A stretch of 64,000 nt of DNA from an uncultured Chloracidobacterium sp. (GCA_964526245.1 CAZGLZ010000006.1:2215-66214); one strand, 5' to 3'; shown: positions 44,202-57,624, counted from the first letter of the stretch. A program made the numbers and translations. The notes: generated by a model not told the origin, from the sequence alone.

Positions 44202-45419
44202 TTATCGTCGATAAAACGACGGGACCGGAACATCTTCACTCGCTCCCCACTGAACCTGTCGGAGTTCATCCTGTTGGCCGAGTTTGCTTGATTGGCGGAT
44301 GTACCAGGTACCGTTGGAGTCGCGCCAGACGGCGATGTCAACGATGCCGTCGCCGTCGTAGTCGTTGTGAACGGCGACGTCGCCTCCGTTCTCCCAAGAA
44401 ACGGTATGAACGCTCTCCGATGACTGTGGCGATCCGGAGCCGGTGACGATGTTCGGGAAAGCCGAAAGGATCTTCCAATCGGCCCCGCTTCTGACCGCAT
44501 AGTTAGCCTTGCCATCGCCATCGTAGTCGGCAGGTACGGGTGTGCCGCCGGTGCTAAAGCTGGTGGTCGCGACGGTCAGATCCGAGCTGCGATAGGTGTA
44601 AAACGTCGTGTTCGAGCCACGGTAAACGGCGATGTCGGCCTTGCCGTCGCCGTCAAAGTCGCCCGGTGCAGGCGTGTCGCTCGAGAGCCCGAACTGGACC
44701 TGATAGCTCGAGCTGTCCGAGCTTTTGGTGATGTACCAGGTGCCGTTCGATGGCCGGTAAAGTGCGGCATCCGAGCGGCCGTCGCCGTCGTAGTCACCAA
44801 CTGCCGGCAGGTCGGCGGCTTGGCCAAAGGCGAGGGTCGTCGAGGTGCTGTCGGATGAGCGGTAGATCCACCACTCGCCGGTCGATCCTCTATAGATCGA
44901 GAAGTCCGTCTTGCCGTCGCCGTCAAAGTCGCCCGGGACCGGCTTGTCTCCGGTACCGCCCCATTGGAACGAGGTCTGCTGCGAACCCGGCCCACCGAGC
45001 ACCCACCAGACGCCGGTCGAAGGCCGCCAGACGGCAAGATCCGCCGGCGGTGCGGCATTGGCGTTCGCATCCTCGACCGCAAGCAGCCGCGAACCCGCGT
45101 AGATGTACTCCTTCGAGAGCTGCGGTGTCGGCGTCGGGCTCGGGCTCGTAACATATGGGTTGATCGCCGAAAGAAGCGAGCGGTCACGCGGCTTCATCGC
45201 GTTCTGCCGCCGGGCGTCCTCTTCCATGTACTTGAGCGTGGCACCGGCAACTCCGGCCACGAGCAGAAGCACAACGGGGACAAGCCAGAGACGCTGCCGT
45301 AAATAGCGGATCACAGAACGTGTCGCTCCGGCTGCGGCTTCGTGTGTAACGGTCGGCTCGGCTGTCGGTGCTTCCATCGCCATCTGCTTCGCCCGTTTTG
45401 AACTCTTCGATCTTGACAT
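44202..45419 (-). CDS. Membrane-anchored FG-GAP/VCBS-repeat protein
   Basis: TM LWLVPVVLLLVAGVAGATL. Five GD[FY]DGDG[KR].D..[IVL][YW]R repeats. Start chosen at MSRSKSSKR (ATG 45419); the ORF track start is 45623. Confidence 0.7.
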   Translation of the reverse strand: MSRSKSSKRAKQMAMEAPTAEPTVTHEAAAGATRSVIRYLRQRLWLVPVVLLLVAGVAGATLKYMEEDARRQNAMKPRDRSLLSAINPYVTSPSPTPTPQLSKEYIYAGSRLLAVEDANANAAPPADLAVWRPSTGVWWVLGGPGSQQTSFQWGGTGDKPVPGDFDGDGKTDFSIYRGSTGEWWIYRSSDSTSTTLAFGQAADLPAVGDYDGDGRSDAALYRPSNGTWYITKSSDSSSYQVQFGLSSDTPAPGDFDGDGKADIAVYRGSNTTFYTYRSSDLTVATTSFSTGGTPVPADYDGDGKANYAVRSGADWKILSAFPNIVTGSGSPQSSESVHTVSWENGGDVAVHNDYDGDGIVDIAVWRDSNGTWYIRQSSKLGQQDELRQVQWGASEDVPVPSFYRR

Positions 45420-46037
45420 CAGGTGAACCTCTCTCATGTGGAAGGCCAGACCGAGCCCTTCGGCAAAGGCCGGATGGCCGCCCAGCGGCGGTCGTATGTT
45501 GATTTTTGGGGACTTCTGGGTGTAGTATGCGCTTGTCTGGGGGCATACTACGGAACCCTCGGGTCCCGTTCTATGAACCAAGAGAGCCGGTCGGTAACGC
45601 CAATTACCGGCCGGCTCATTCATTTATGGTCGAACTTCTCTCGTGCTTTCGCTGCTCGCTCGTCTCTCCGAACGACTTTCTCTTACGGATGCCTCGCACC
45701 CCGACTGCTCAGAGCCGAGCGGCTGTACCATCGAAAAGGCACACTCCGACTCGAGAATCCCGGTGGAAGATCCATTTTGAAATCGTGAACCTGGGAAGAA
45801 ATGTAAAGCCATCTAGCTGAAAATGCGGGATACCCCAGCTAAGCATCCGGAATCTCTCCGGACGATCGCCGCACCTAGGCACGGCCAGAAAAACGAAAAT
45901 AGCTTGTCGAGAAAACTACCACGTACCCCGTTCAAGTGTCAATAACTTTTTTTCCGATGGGGAGCTAGCACATCATATGTCCGGCAGGAGTAACCGATAA
46001 AATGTCCGTCGCCTGTTTTCGATTCTCGTGTCATTTC

Positions 46038-46679
46038 TCAATCATTGCCGAACTTGAATCCGACCTCATACGCAAGCTCATCGACGTCGATCTTCAGTCT
46101 TTCGGCAAACCCAATCAGCATTACTTCTCGTTCTTCCCTTGGGGCGTTCGGGTACTCTGTGAGCCAGAGCATAAACGCCTCGGCCCCGCTTTGTACAAGG
46201 CTCTTTCTCTCCGTGTAGCCCCTACCGAAATCCAAACCATCTCTTTCATTCCAACCCCTATCTCTGCCTTTCGTCTTTAAGGTGAAAATTATCGCAGCAA
46301 TGTCCCCATCGGCGACTTTTTGCATTAGTCGCGACTCTGCAAGATCTACTAGGCGATCATTGGCACGAACCAGCTTAATCCTCTCCCGGAACCGAATGTT
46401 CACCGGCGTTAGACTCTTGATCCAGCGGTAGTAGGTCTGCCGCGATATTCCGGCATACTCACAGCTTGCACTCACATTGCCGCACGTCCGCTCATAAGCC
46501 TCGATGAAACGCCGCCTTGTATCAAATTTCACACGGGCCGAGTATAACGCATCCGGTTTCTTCTTTTTTTTCTCCTCGATCTGTAACATTTGTAACTCCG
46601 AAAATGGCTTCGTCGATCTTTCAATATCGTCGACGCTTGGCGATCGCTCAGAACTCGTTATGAGTAATCGAAAAGTCAT
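46038..46679 (-). CDS. HTH protein resembling phage small terminase subunits
   Basis: CEYAGISRQTYYRWIK (HTH) followed by LAESRLMQKVADGDIAAIIFTLKTKGRDRGW, a pattern I associate with TerS-type proteins. Confidence 0.45.
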   Translation of the reverse strand: MTFRLLITSSERSPSVDDIERSTKPFSELQMLQIEEKKKKKPDALYSARVKFDTRRRFIEAYERTCGNVSASCEYAGISRQTYYRWIKSLTPVNIRFRERIKLVRANDRLVDLAESRLMQKVADGDIAAIIFTLKTKGRDRGWNERDGLDFGRGYTERKSLVQSGAEAFMLWLTEYPNAPREEREVMLIGFAERLKIDVDELAYEVGFKFGND

Positions 46680-46704
46680 TCGGACGTCGCTGAAGTCCTA
46701 TTGT

Positions 46705-48789
46705 TCAATCTAATTCCTCACAGACGATACATATCCCAACCTCGCCGGGATGACACGCTTCGCCGCACTTGATGCAGGGCTTCCAAGGGACAATATGGCC
46801 GTTTCCGTTCGTGCCAAGATTGCCACGAAGATTGCCAGATTCTAAATTTTGGCAATCTTCGGCAGAGTGTCCGTAATTTCGGGCTTTTTCATCGGCGACT
46901 ACACAAAGGTTGCCAACTTCTACTTTTTGGCAATCTTCGTGGCAATCTTCGAGAAGCTCCCATCGCCATCCGCCGCTGAATGTCGCGTCCTTAACGCTAC
47001 GAGCAACTTTCGATTTCGCTCGGTCGAGCGTTCGCTTTTTGATTCCCTCTTGCATTGCGGCTGCCATAAGGTCCGCCGAACCAACCGCGCCGTTTGCGAG
47101 CGTCTCTTTGAGAAATTTAACCGCTTTACCGCGGGCTCCACGCTCTTCGCCGGTAGCACTCTCCCGAAAGGCGAGCATCCTCTCGGCTGTTAGATCACAC
47201 TCACCGGTCCATTCAAAGCGATCGCCGCGAATTTCAAAACCGAGCGGGGTGCGGTCAACAGGTGCGAGGTTGTTCTTTGTTTGTACAAATGCTCGCCGAT
47301 CTTCGTCGTTTGGATCGCAACCGACAAGCATTGCTGTTCTCGCCCCAGCCCTCCAGCCGACTCCGTTTAGTCCAGCCGCTCTCGCCTCGCCGAGCCCCTT
47401 AGACTTACCAATGTGACGGATACCGACGACAGAGCAATCATAGGCTTCTGCCAGATCATTGAGCGCATTCGTTACAGTCTTGATCTGGTTGTCTTTGTTG
47501 AGGTCAATATTACCAACCCTTGCAAAAAGTGGGTCGATCACAACGAGCGATGGTCTAATATCGGCCAGCTTGTGCGAAAGGCGAATAGTGCCATCCTCGT
47601 CTAGGGCGAAGCATTCCTTTATGATTGCTACTCTTTCGCAGTCCGCGCCAACCATCTCCAATCGCGGCTTAACCACGAACGCAAGAGCGTCTTCGGCTAG
47701 TATCAGAAGCACTTTATGACCGGCTCGCGTGAGTTCCCCGGTCTTGTCTAGCATTAGCCACGTTTTACCAATGCCTTCAATCCCATCAATAAGACTAAAA
47801 GCTCCATACGCGAGATATGGCTCCCAAAGCCAACGCACGTCCTGCGCTTCTATATCGGAAGCCCAAACGGATTGAAGCGGGGCGAGCTTTTGGTTCTCTG
47901 CCGGGGGTGATTCTGGCGTTTCGCTCACGCTCGCTGTTTCCGCCCGCCAAGTATCGGCAGCTTCCGCGATTGCGACAAGTGACTCGGCAATCTCTCCATT
48001 GGTCTCGCCCGCCGTTCTTCGTTCGTCTATCCAATCGGAAACATCCTTGCCATGCTTGTCCGGCAGAGGCTCGCCTTCGTATAGATCTATGATTTTTATT
48101 GACTTTGCGGCCTGTGCAATTATTCTGGCCGATTCCTCCGCCTGCTTTTTCCCAGACTTATCGTGATCGGCAAGAAGAACAGAGCGGGTGCCGTCGATGT
48201 ACGAGTTAAAGCCCTGGCTCCAGGTTTTAAAGCTGGTCGCCGTAAAGCCGAGCGACCGCAGATTATCGGCATCCTTTTCGCCTTCGGTATACCAAATCTC
48301 ATCGGTACCGAGGCTAACTGCACTAAGCAATTCCGGTAGCCGGTACGGCACACGGACGACCCCTTCCAAGTTGTAAATGTATCCGCCTTTGCCATCCGGT
48401 CTTCGTTGCCGGAAACCTTTTGGCGAGTACCGAACGTTTTCGTACACGAGCTTCCCCTTACGGTCCGTGTACTCGTAAATTTCCGTGATCGTTTTGGATG
48501 TCGAGCCAGAGCCATTGCCGGTGTGCACCACCCGCGAGGCATATGGAGTGAGCGGCAGTTTCCTCAGAGTATTCGTATTTGTAAAAAGGTCTTTCATTTC
48601 AAGCCCGATCGCACTCAAAATCGCCTCGACAGGGCAGCCGGCAAAACATTTCAGGAGCACACGTCCTCCGTCGCCTTCTGCTATCGAAAGACTTTGCTTC
48701 CCATCATCATGCGCGGGACAAAGGGCGACAAAGCTCTTGCCCGTTTTCTTTAGTCCTTCAAGCCGTGAGACGATCTCATCAAATGTCAT
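46705..48789 (-). CDS. Bifunctional primase / RecA-fold replicative helicase (P4 alpha-like)
   Basis: CPAHDDGKQSLSI zinc motif, Toprim YTEGEKDADNL and LLADHDKSGKK, Walker A DGIEGIGKTW. Confidence 0.75.
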   Translation of the reverse strand: MTFDEIVSRLEGLKKTGKSFVALCPAHDDGKQSLSIAEGDGGRVLLKCFAGCPVEAILSAIGLEMKDLFTNTNTLRKLPLTPYASRVVHTGNGSGSTSKTITEIYEYTDRKGKLVYENVRYSPKGFRQRRPDGKGGYIYNLEGVVRVPYRLPELLSAVSLGTDEIWYTEGEKDADNLRSLGFTATSFKTWSQGFNSYIDGTRSVLLADHDKSGKKQAEESARIIAQAAKSIKIIDLYEGEPLPDKHGKDVSDWIDERRTAGETNGEIAESLVAIAEAADTWRAETASVSETPESPPAENQKLAPLQSVWASDIEAQDVRWLWEPYLAYGAFSLIDGIEGIGKTWLMLDKTGELTRAGHKVLLILAEDALAFVVKPRLEMVGADCERVAIIKECFALDEDGTIRLSHKLADIRPSLVVIDPLFARVGNIDLNKDNQIKTVTNALNDLAEAYDCSVVGIRHIGKSKGLGEARAAGLNGVGWRAGARTAMLVGCDPNDEDRRAFVQTKNNLAPVDRTPLGFEIRGDRFEWTGECDLTAERMLAFRESATGEERGARGKAVKFLKETLANGAVGSADLMAAAMQEGIKKRTLDRAKSKVARSVKDATFSGGWRWELLEDCHEDCQKVEVGNLCVVADEKARNYGHSAEDCQNLESGNLRGNLGTNGNGHIVPWKPCIKCGEACHPGEVGICIVCEELD

Positions 48790-48893
48790 CGGGTCGTCCT
48801 CCCCCCTTTCGTCGGCACCGTGGGAATCCGCCCTTCACGGAGTACATATTCGACACACTGCTGGCACATAGGATTTTCTTTTGCTTTGAATGG

Positions 48894-49103
48894 TCAGCAA
48901 TCATTTTGCTTAAATTCTCGCGGTTTTGACTCCAGCGGTTTTCGTTCACAATTCCGCAGGAATTCATCGAGATGCTCTTGCGCCATAATGATTCGCCGCC
49001 CGATCTTGAAGTGACCAATAAGGTTCTTGGCGAGTGCTCGGTCGATCGTGATCGTGCTCACTCCGCAATATTCCGCGGCTTCAACTCGATTAAACTTCTT
49101 CAT
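48894..49103 (-). CDS. Excisionase-family HTH protein
   Basis: VEAAEYCGVSTITIDRALAKNLIGHFKIGRRIIM. Confidence 0.65.
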   Translation of the reverse strand: MKKFNRVEAAEYCGVSTITIDRALAKNLIGHFKIGRRIIMAQEHLDEFLRNCERKPLESKPREFKQNDC

Positions 49104-49212
49104 TCAGATATGCCTCCTCGAAAAGAAATGACGTCACCGGATTTCTTCCGATGACGCCAGTTTCTACTGGTTTGCGTTAGAATGGAACAACCCAAAACCT
49201 TCAGAAAGGTTT

Positions 49213-49893
49213 TCAGTCTTCAAAATATCTGCATTTCATAATTCGATCTATTTGCTCGAGCTTATCTTCGATTAATGATACCCTCTCAGCCCTCTGTCCA
49301 TTGAAAGAACCAATCAGTTGGTCAAACGATAAATTGAACCTTTTCAACCTGTGTCTCAAGGCCTTTTCCAAATTCGTGATGCGTTGGGAACTAAACAACT
49401 CCTTTGCAAGATTAATCTTAGACAATTCCTCGCCACGCTCTTGGATCTTCGAAAGTGCATCAAAGCACTGCTCCGCAAAAATGCGTTTTTCAATTACGCG
49501 AGTGGCGGAGCCCTCCGATCGAGGCCGTCCTCCGCCTTTATTAGGAAGTCGCTTTCGAAGTCTGGCATCAGTTCGCTTCAGTATCTCCTGAATCACAAAC
49601 TTGCGAGATTTTGCGCCGGCATCATCCCCGATACAGTACATTTGAAACACCGCCCATTCGTGCAAAGTAAATTGATTTGCAACCTCCCAAAGTTCATTTG
49701 CAAGATACCTGTGGAGGTACTCGATTCGGGCCGCTTTCTCGTCAACATGATCGGAGGCAGCGTTGTAGTGTGCGGAATGCTCAACCTCACTTACATTAAC
49801 AATGCCTCCAAAACTACCGTGCACGACCTCAACTTCAACGAGAAAAGAGATTCTGTGTCGAATCGGTGGCGCTCCTTCTTCAACCTTGTTCAT
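49213..49893 (-). CDS. Hypothetical protein of the integrative element
   Basis: 226-aa ORF abutting the integrase stop. No motif recognised. Confidence 0.4.
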   Translation of the reverse strand: MNKVEEGAPPIRHRISFLVEVEVVHGSFGGIVNVSEVEHSAHYNAASDHVDEKAARIEYLHRYLANELWEVANQFTLHEWAVFQMYCIGDDAGAKSRKFVIQEILKRTDARLRKRLPNKGGGRPRSEGSATRVIEKRIFAEQCFDALSKIQERGEELSKINLAKELFSSQRITNLEKALRHRLKRFNLSFDQLIGSFNGQRAERVSLIEDKLEQIDRIMKCRYFED

Positions 49894-51140
49894 TAGTGCT
49901 TCTCTCTAACTATCGCTATCCCGATTGCCGACATCGCATCGGCTCTCGATTCGTTGAGATACCGATCGAGGCTCTTCGCGGATTCCGAGACGCTTTCGTT
50001 AGTTTGGTTTAGGTACCTCAGGAAAGTAGACATCTGAGAATGTCCTGTGATCTTCATTACTTCAGTTACCGGCACACCGGCCCGGATGAAGCGGGTCGTT
50101 GCAGTGTGGCGAAGGTCGTGAAAACGTAGATCTTGAATCTCAGCAGCGTTGCAAAGCGATTTCCAACCATTCTTTATTGTCGAGACGATCCCAAAAACAA
50201 GCTCATCCTGACTCTGTGGGGATCGATGCCAAAGTTGGGTAAGCTCCGCTTTCACACGCTGGGTTATACCAACAACTCGCATCCTCTCGGTTTTTGCATT
50301 TTCCGCCCGCACGGTAATCTTGCCAGTTTCCAGATCGACATCATTCCATCGCAGTTTGAACAATTCGCCACGCCTCATTGCCGTGTCAACAGCAACGACT
50401 ATCAATGGCCTAAGATGCTCTCGGCGATCTACACACGCAGCCAAAAGTCGCACTTCTTCTTCCCGCGAAAGAATTCGGTCTCGCATAACCTCTGCCGCGC
50501 TCGAGATCAGTTTGGTTCCGCGTTCAAAAGGCGTCACATTGATCAAGCCCTCACCCTTTGCGAAATTCAACAGTGCCCGCAGTAGCTCAAGTTCTCGATT
50601 TACCGATGCGATCTTCCTCGGTCGCCGCAAAACACGCTTGGGAGCCGCCGCCCGTTCTGAACGACCACGCTTGTCGGGAATGTTTACCAATATTTCCACG
50701 GGTTCCGCCAGTCTAGACACTTTGTATGTTTCGATGTCGCTCGGTCGAAGGCTTTTAACTTTTCGGTCGCCTAACCGTGCAACCAGATTTCGCAGCGCAG
50801 AGACTGCCGGGCCAAGCGATCGCCTTCCGGCGACCTTGATTCCGTTTTGGTATGTGGCCGGGACGAGCTTCAGGGACTCGTACTTTTCAGCAAGTTGTCG
50901 GATCGTAATTTGATCAGATTCAAGAGCGAGTTGACCGCTCTGCGAGAGCTCATTCCGCATCTCCTTGATCAGCTCGTTTGCGTGCCTTCGGTTCTTCGCT
51001 CGCCGGAGCTTTTCCTTCCGCTTTCCAGTAAGTTCATCGCGATACTGTATGCGGGCGTAGATCAGGCCGTTAATCTCTTTGATACTGCCATCTCGATGCC
51101 GCTTTTGACCTCGCCAGGGTTCAGTCGTTTGTCGTGCCAT
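49893..51140 (-). CDS. Tyrosine recombinase/integrase
   Basis: AVDTAMRRGEL (Arg), FHDLRHTATTRF (HxxR), ITGHSQMSTFLRYLN (His, Tyr). Confidence 0.9.
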   Translation of the reverse strand: MARQTTEPWRGQKRHRDGSIKEINGLIYARIQYRDELTGKRKEKLRRAKNRRHANELIKEMRNELSQSGQLALESDQITIRQLAEKYESLKLVPATYQNGIKVAGRRSLGPAVSALRNLVARLGDRKVKSLRPSDIETYKVSRLAEPVEILVNIPDKRGRSERAAAPKRVLRRPRKIASVNRELELLRALLNFAKGEGLINVTPFERGTKLISSAAEVMRDRILSREEEVRLLAACVDRREHLRPLIVVAVDTAMRRGELFKLRWNDVDLETGKITVRAENAKTERMRVVGITQRVKAELTQLWHRSPQSQDELVFGIVSTIKNGWKSLCNAAEIQDLRFHDLRHTATTRFIRAGVPVTEVMKITGHSQMSTFLRYLNQTNESVSESAKSLDRYLNESRADAMSAIGIAIVREKH

Positions 51141-51291
51141 TTTCCTCTTTATTTTCCTCTATATCTATGACAGTATCAGAAAATCACAGAGTGTTCAAGA
51201 TAATTTTAGATGAGACAACTACGCGTAAATCCAATGATTGCAGATAAATACAGACAGTTCAGGAGGGTGAGGGATAATGGCCGAGAAGCGA

Positions 51292-51336
<45 letters not shown>

Positions 51337-51349
51337 AGTTTTGACGCAA

Positions 51350-51379
51350 AAGAACGGGCCTCAGTGCCCGTTCTTTTTT
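51350..51379 (+). terminator. Rho-independent terminator after the tRNA remnant
   Basis: aagaacgggc (51350-51359) / gcccgttctt (51366-51375) followed by tttt. Confidence 0.7.
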
Positions 51380-51756
51380 GGTCGGAAGATGCTCAAGCGA
51401 ATGCGGAATGCCCGTGTCAGAGGCCCGACCGTAAAGGAGGGCTCGCTCCAAATTCGGAATTCGGAATCTCCGTTTTGAGTCCCGGCTTCAGCCGGCCGCC
51501 GATGCGCAGGCCCGCACTAAAGTAAGGGCGGTTCATCCGACCGAGCGTTCGCCCAGCCGCTGCCTCACACGACCAAACGATAAAGCCCACCCTTAACCCC
51601 CAACCGAATTTCTCTTGCCATCCCATACCCCCAAAGCCTAAAATTGCACAGCGAATCGGGAAAGATCGCAACACCGCAGGCTTGAGGCGGTTTCTATCGT
51701 AATTTGAATGACAACAAGGCACATTGGAACGAGCTCAAGAGGGAGTGTGGTAAATC

Positions 51757-52341
51757 ATGAAAGATCTACTTTTGCTGTTTATGATCTTCGCCGTTGGGGC
51801 AATGAACATCACATGCCAGGGGACGCCGGAGAATAAAGGAGGCGATACTGCGAGAGAGACCGACGACGAAATGGCGTCACATTGCACCGGAACAGAGCAA
51901 CTGAGATTCGACATGGAAGACCATGCCGTGTGTGAGAAAAAACAGTTGCCCGCGATCATTTGGAAGCAGATCGTGGAGTCGGACGCATCGACAGTGCTGA
52001 AAGCTCAGTTGTCAGAGAGTAGAGACCCGGGCGAGTGGGTAGATTCCGGGCAGATAGATATTAATCTTGATGGTAAATTGGATTATGTTGTCGTCGCCGT
52101 TGCTCCGCCGCTAGCGGGGCCAAGCGTAACGCCATTCTGGGTCTTTCTGTCCGGTCCATCGGGTTACGAATGTGTTTTGAGCACAACAGCTTTATCCCTT
52201 GAGTTCTCGTCTCAACCGTCGAACGGCTTTCGCGATATCAAAGCATCATGGGTCTCGGGGAACGAGTACACAACCTCCACTTTTCAATTTGAAAAAGGAA
52301 AATACCGATTGAAGAACTCTGAAACAAGAAAGATCGAATAA
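51757..52341 (+). CDS. Secreted hypothetical protein
   Basis: Signal peptide MKDLLLLFMIFAVGAMN. Confidence 0.45.
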   Translation: MKDLLLLFMIFAVGAMNITCQGTPENKGGDTARETDDEMASHCTGTEQLRFDMEDHAVCEKKQLPAIIWKQIVESDASTVLKAQLSESRDPGEWVDSGQIDINLDGKLDYVVVAVAPPLAGPSVTPFWVFLSGPSGYECVLSTTALSLEFSSQPSNGFRDIKASWVSGNEYTTSTFQFEKGKYRLKNSETRKIE

Positions 52342-52446
52342 CGCAGAAACTTTGAACGGAGGCAACCGCATGTGGCCTGAGTTCGATCTCACTTTGTTGT
52401 CGGACGGCGGTATGGTAACTTACCCGGAAATTCAGTAGCGGAGGAT

Positions 52447-52992
52447 TTGATCGTGGCACTAGGCGGGAAGGTTGCGCTCATTCCAATGATGACCATCGAT
52501 ATGGGGTCTGGAGAACGGAAGTTTGATATCGCTTGTCATCAAGCGACATGTTACTGGCTTTACGAAGAGGCCAAAGGGACCTCGCCGACGGGAGCTAATT
52601 ATCAGGCCGGGGTCTTGGGCGATGTAACGACAATGCGGGCGATCGCCGGCCTCGGCCAACCGGTGACCAATGCAGCGGCGTTGAATCGATTGCCGAGTGG
52701 AACGGTACTAATATTCACGGAAAACGGGGGCACGGCGGAGCACTCGTGCGTGATAGCCAGCAACGGCGACATCGGCGGCTATAATCAAACGCCTTGGTTC
52801 TTCGGTGGGCTGCCTAACATGTTCTCGATGCATCCGAGGTCGGCTGTGAAGTGGTCGGGGACCATGGTCAAGCCTTACCAAAAGGCCCCGCATAATCTGG
52901 TTGCAGTAAGCGAGGCGGCGGCCGTCCAATACGCGCAGGCTGACTTTCGATACTATCGCAAGCGGCTATTCTTCTTTCGTTTTCGGACATGA
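52447..52992 (+). CDS. Hypothetical protein with a Cys...His pattern suggestive of a papain-like/NlpC-P60-like fold
   Basis: DIACHQATCYW ... GTVLIFTENGGTAEHSCVI. Start uncertain. Confidence 0.35.
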   Translation: MIVALGGKVALIPMMTIDMGSGERKFDIACHQATCYWLYEEAKGTSPTGANYQAGVLGDVTTMRAIAGLGQPVTNAAALNRLPSGTVLIFTENGGTAEHSCVIASNGDIGGYNQTPWFFGGLPNMFSMHPRSAVKWSGTMVKPYQKAPHNLVAVSEAAAVQYAQADFRYYRKRLFFFRFRT

Positions 52993-53098
52993 CGGGTTCA
53001 GGCCTGCGATATTGCGATTCTTGCTTTGATTTAAAGCTGAAGCTTCAAACCGCAATCTGAATCCCGAACTCCGCAACTCCGCAACTCTGCAACTTCCG

Positions 53099-55531
<2,433 letters not shown>

Positions 55532-55682
55532 TTAGAGATAAGTGTTTTTTGTTCTATTTTCGATCTAAAAGTTCGTGCGAGACACTACGCTTAAGATGCG
55601 GTAAATAAGAGAGGTTTCAGGCCTCTTAAACAATATCTAATTATACCATTTCGAAAGGGGTTAGTGTAGCGGCGAGCGGGCC

Positions 55683-56798
55683 TCAAACGGCCGATCTGGC
55701 GGCATTTTCGGCACCGCCTGCGGCGATCCTGAAAATTGCGGCCGAAGCCCCGAATTCATTGACAAATGCGGCCTTTGAGGTCGTAATGAAGGTCTGCGTT
55801 CGGCCCTCCAAAAATTCGAGCAGGCTGCCGATCCGCTTGAAGTCGAGCTCGGCATCGATATCGTCAAGCAGGAAGAGCGGATATTCGCCCCGCGTGGCAC
55901 GGAAAACCTCCAGGTTTGCAAGCAGCAGAACGAGCATTGCGCTCCGCTGCTGGCCCGAGGAGCCGTATTTCCGGATGTCGTGCCCGTCGAATGTTATCTC
56001 GAGCTCATCACGGTGCGGGCCGATCAGCGCCCTGCCGGCGACGACCTCGGCCTGAACACGCATCCGCAGCCGCTCAGCGAGCAATGCCTCATAGTCGGAA
56101 AGGTCGCCCTTGCCCTCAAGCGATGAAACATAGCGGAGCTGCACGTCCTCATTGCCGAAGAGCCGCTTTTCGAGCGCCGAATTGAGCCTTTCGACGATCC
56201 GCACCCGGCCGCGATGAACACGCCCGGCGAGCGAAACGAGCTGTTCATTCCAAGGCTCGAGCAGCTCGGCTGCCTTTTCTAGCGGGTCGCCGCGTTCCGC
56301 GATCGCCTGTATCAATGCGTTTTTCTGTTTCAGGGTCCGGGCAAGGTCGCGAAAAGCCTGAACAAAAGGCGGGTGCACGGCTATGATGCTTTCATCAAGA
56401 AAGCGCCGGCGTGCTTCGGGCTGGCCGCGGACAACATCAAGTGACTCGGCGGTGAAGACAAAAGAATGCATCTCTTCGGCATAACGAGAATGCGATTCGC
56501 GCTTGCCGTTGATCGAAAAACTCTTTATATTTTTCTCTAAAGTGACCTGTAGGTCACGAGCAATACCTTCGGACTGGCGCACACGCCCACGTATGATCGC
56601 CAGTTCTTCCCCAAAACGAATGGTTTCCTGTAGTTTCGCGGTCCGGAAGGATCGGGTCGTGGAAAGAAGGTTTATCGCCTCGAGCCAGTTCGTTTTGCCT
56701 TGGCCGTTGTCGCCAATCAGGACATTTAGTCCATTCCCCCAATTGATCTTTCCGGCTAGGTTGCGAAAGGCCCGGGCCTCGAGATTCTCGAGCAGCAT
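55683..56798 (-). CDS. recF: DNA replication/repair protein RecF
   Basis: LENLEARAFRNL...NVLIGDNGQGKTNWLEAI (Walker A), SSGQQR signature, LLLDDIDAELD (Walker B). Confidence 0.93.
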   Translation of the reverse strand: MLLENLEARAFRNLAGKINWGNGLNVLIGDNGQGKTNWLEAINLLSTTRSFRTAKLQETIRFGEELAIIRGRVRQSEGIARDLQVTLEKNIKSFSINGKRESHSRYAEEMHSFVFTAESLDVVRGQPEARRRFLDESIIAVHPPFVQAFRDLARTLKQKNALIQAIAERGDPLEKAAELLEPWNEQLVSLAGRVHRGRVRIVERLNSALEKRLFGNEDVQLRYVSSLEGKGDLSDYEALLAERLRMRVQAEVVAGRALIGPHRDELEITFDGHDIRKYGSSGQQRSAMLVLLLANLEVFRATRGEYPLFLLDDIDAELDFKRIGSLLEFLEGRTQTFITTSKAAFVNEFGASAAIFRIAAGGAENAARSAV

Positions 56799-56952
56799 AG
56801 GCGAATTCTAGCATGCCGGCCGCCGTTCGGGCTTCCCGGCCCCGCACGGAAAAATAATTTTGAGTTTCTGGAAGCTGAAGCCATTGGGTTTTTGTTTAAA
56901 ATAGGAACGTTAAACGTTCTTAAACTTCTAAAAACACTTTGGGCTCTCAAAA

Positions 56953-57462
56953 ATGCGTCTTACCTCGATTCTAATGACCTTGCTCCTTGTTGCTGCCGGT
57001 GCCGCGGCACAGCAGCAGTTGCGCATTGGAAATCCGGCACCTGAGTTCACGGCTCAGTCGCTTGAGGGCAGCGTGATCGACTCTAAGGCCCTGGAGGGCA
57101 AGGTCATCGTGATGACCTTCTGGTCGACCCGCTGTGCCGTATGCCACAGCGAGATCCCGAAGCTCAATCAGCTCGTCGAGCGTTACCGCGGAAAGGATGT
57201 GGTCTTTCTAGCGTTGACGATGGAAAACAACGTTCGCATCGAGCCGTATCTGAAAAAGAACCCGTTCACCTTCGACATCATTCCTAATAGCTTCGGCGTT
57301 CTGCTTAAATTTGCTGATATGGACGCCGGCGGACGCGTGAACATGGGTTACCCGGCGCATTTTCTGATCAGCCGGTCGGGCAAGATCGCCCACCGCACCG
57401 ATGGGTTCGACAAGGCCTCGAATCTTGACGCCCAGATACAAAGAATTCTTGCTTCTGAATAG
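56953..57462 (+). CDS. TlpA/redoxin-family thiol-disulfide oxidoreductase (secreted)
   Basis: Signal peptide; FWSTRCAVCHSEIPKL CxxC motif. Confidence 0.8.
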   Translation: MRLTSILMTLLLVAAGAAAQQQLRIGNPAPEFTAQSLEGSVIDSKALEGKVIVMTFWSTRCAVCHSEIPKLNQLVERYRGKDVVFLALTMENNVRIEPYLKKNPFTFDIIPNSFGVLLKFADMDAGGRVNMGYPAHFLISRSGKIAHRTDGFDKASNLDAQIQRILASE

Positions 57463-57493
57463 GGAGCGTCAAGTTCTCTCTTTACTCCTTAGA

Positions 57494-57527
57494 GTCCGGC
57501 TGTTGGGGAACAGCCGGACCTTTTTTT
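57494..57527 (+). terminator. Rho-independent terminator
   Basis: gtccggctgtt / aacagccggac, gggg loop, then ttttttt. Confidence 0.8.
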
Positions 57528-57624
57528 GTTCGGCGTCTGGCCGCCAGCTGGCGTTTTGCGGTCGTATTTTGGTTTGTCCGGCCGCGGGATTTACGCTATA
57601 GTCTCTTTTCGCCCCGCAGTAGCC

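Noticed and set aside
44576-45546. Alternative-frame ORFs (44576-45187, 44750-45151, 45184-45546) within the FG-GAP gene region
   Set aside because: They are Arg/Pro/Ser-rich out-of-frame translations of the GDGK repeat DNA. The FG-GAP frame has a TM segment and regular repeats.
51417-51722. 101-aa minus-strand ORF with a Gly/aromatic-rich segment (possible beta-barrel fragment)
   Set aside because: It has no signal peptide, no recognisable motif and no start context. The evidence is too weak to call.
53060-53098. Short tandem ccgcaact(c) repeat downstream of gyrB
   Set aside because: There are only about three imperfect copies in a convergent intergenic spacer, with no evidence of function.
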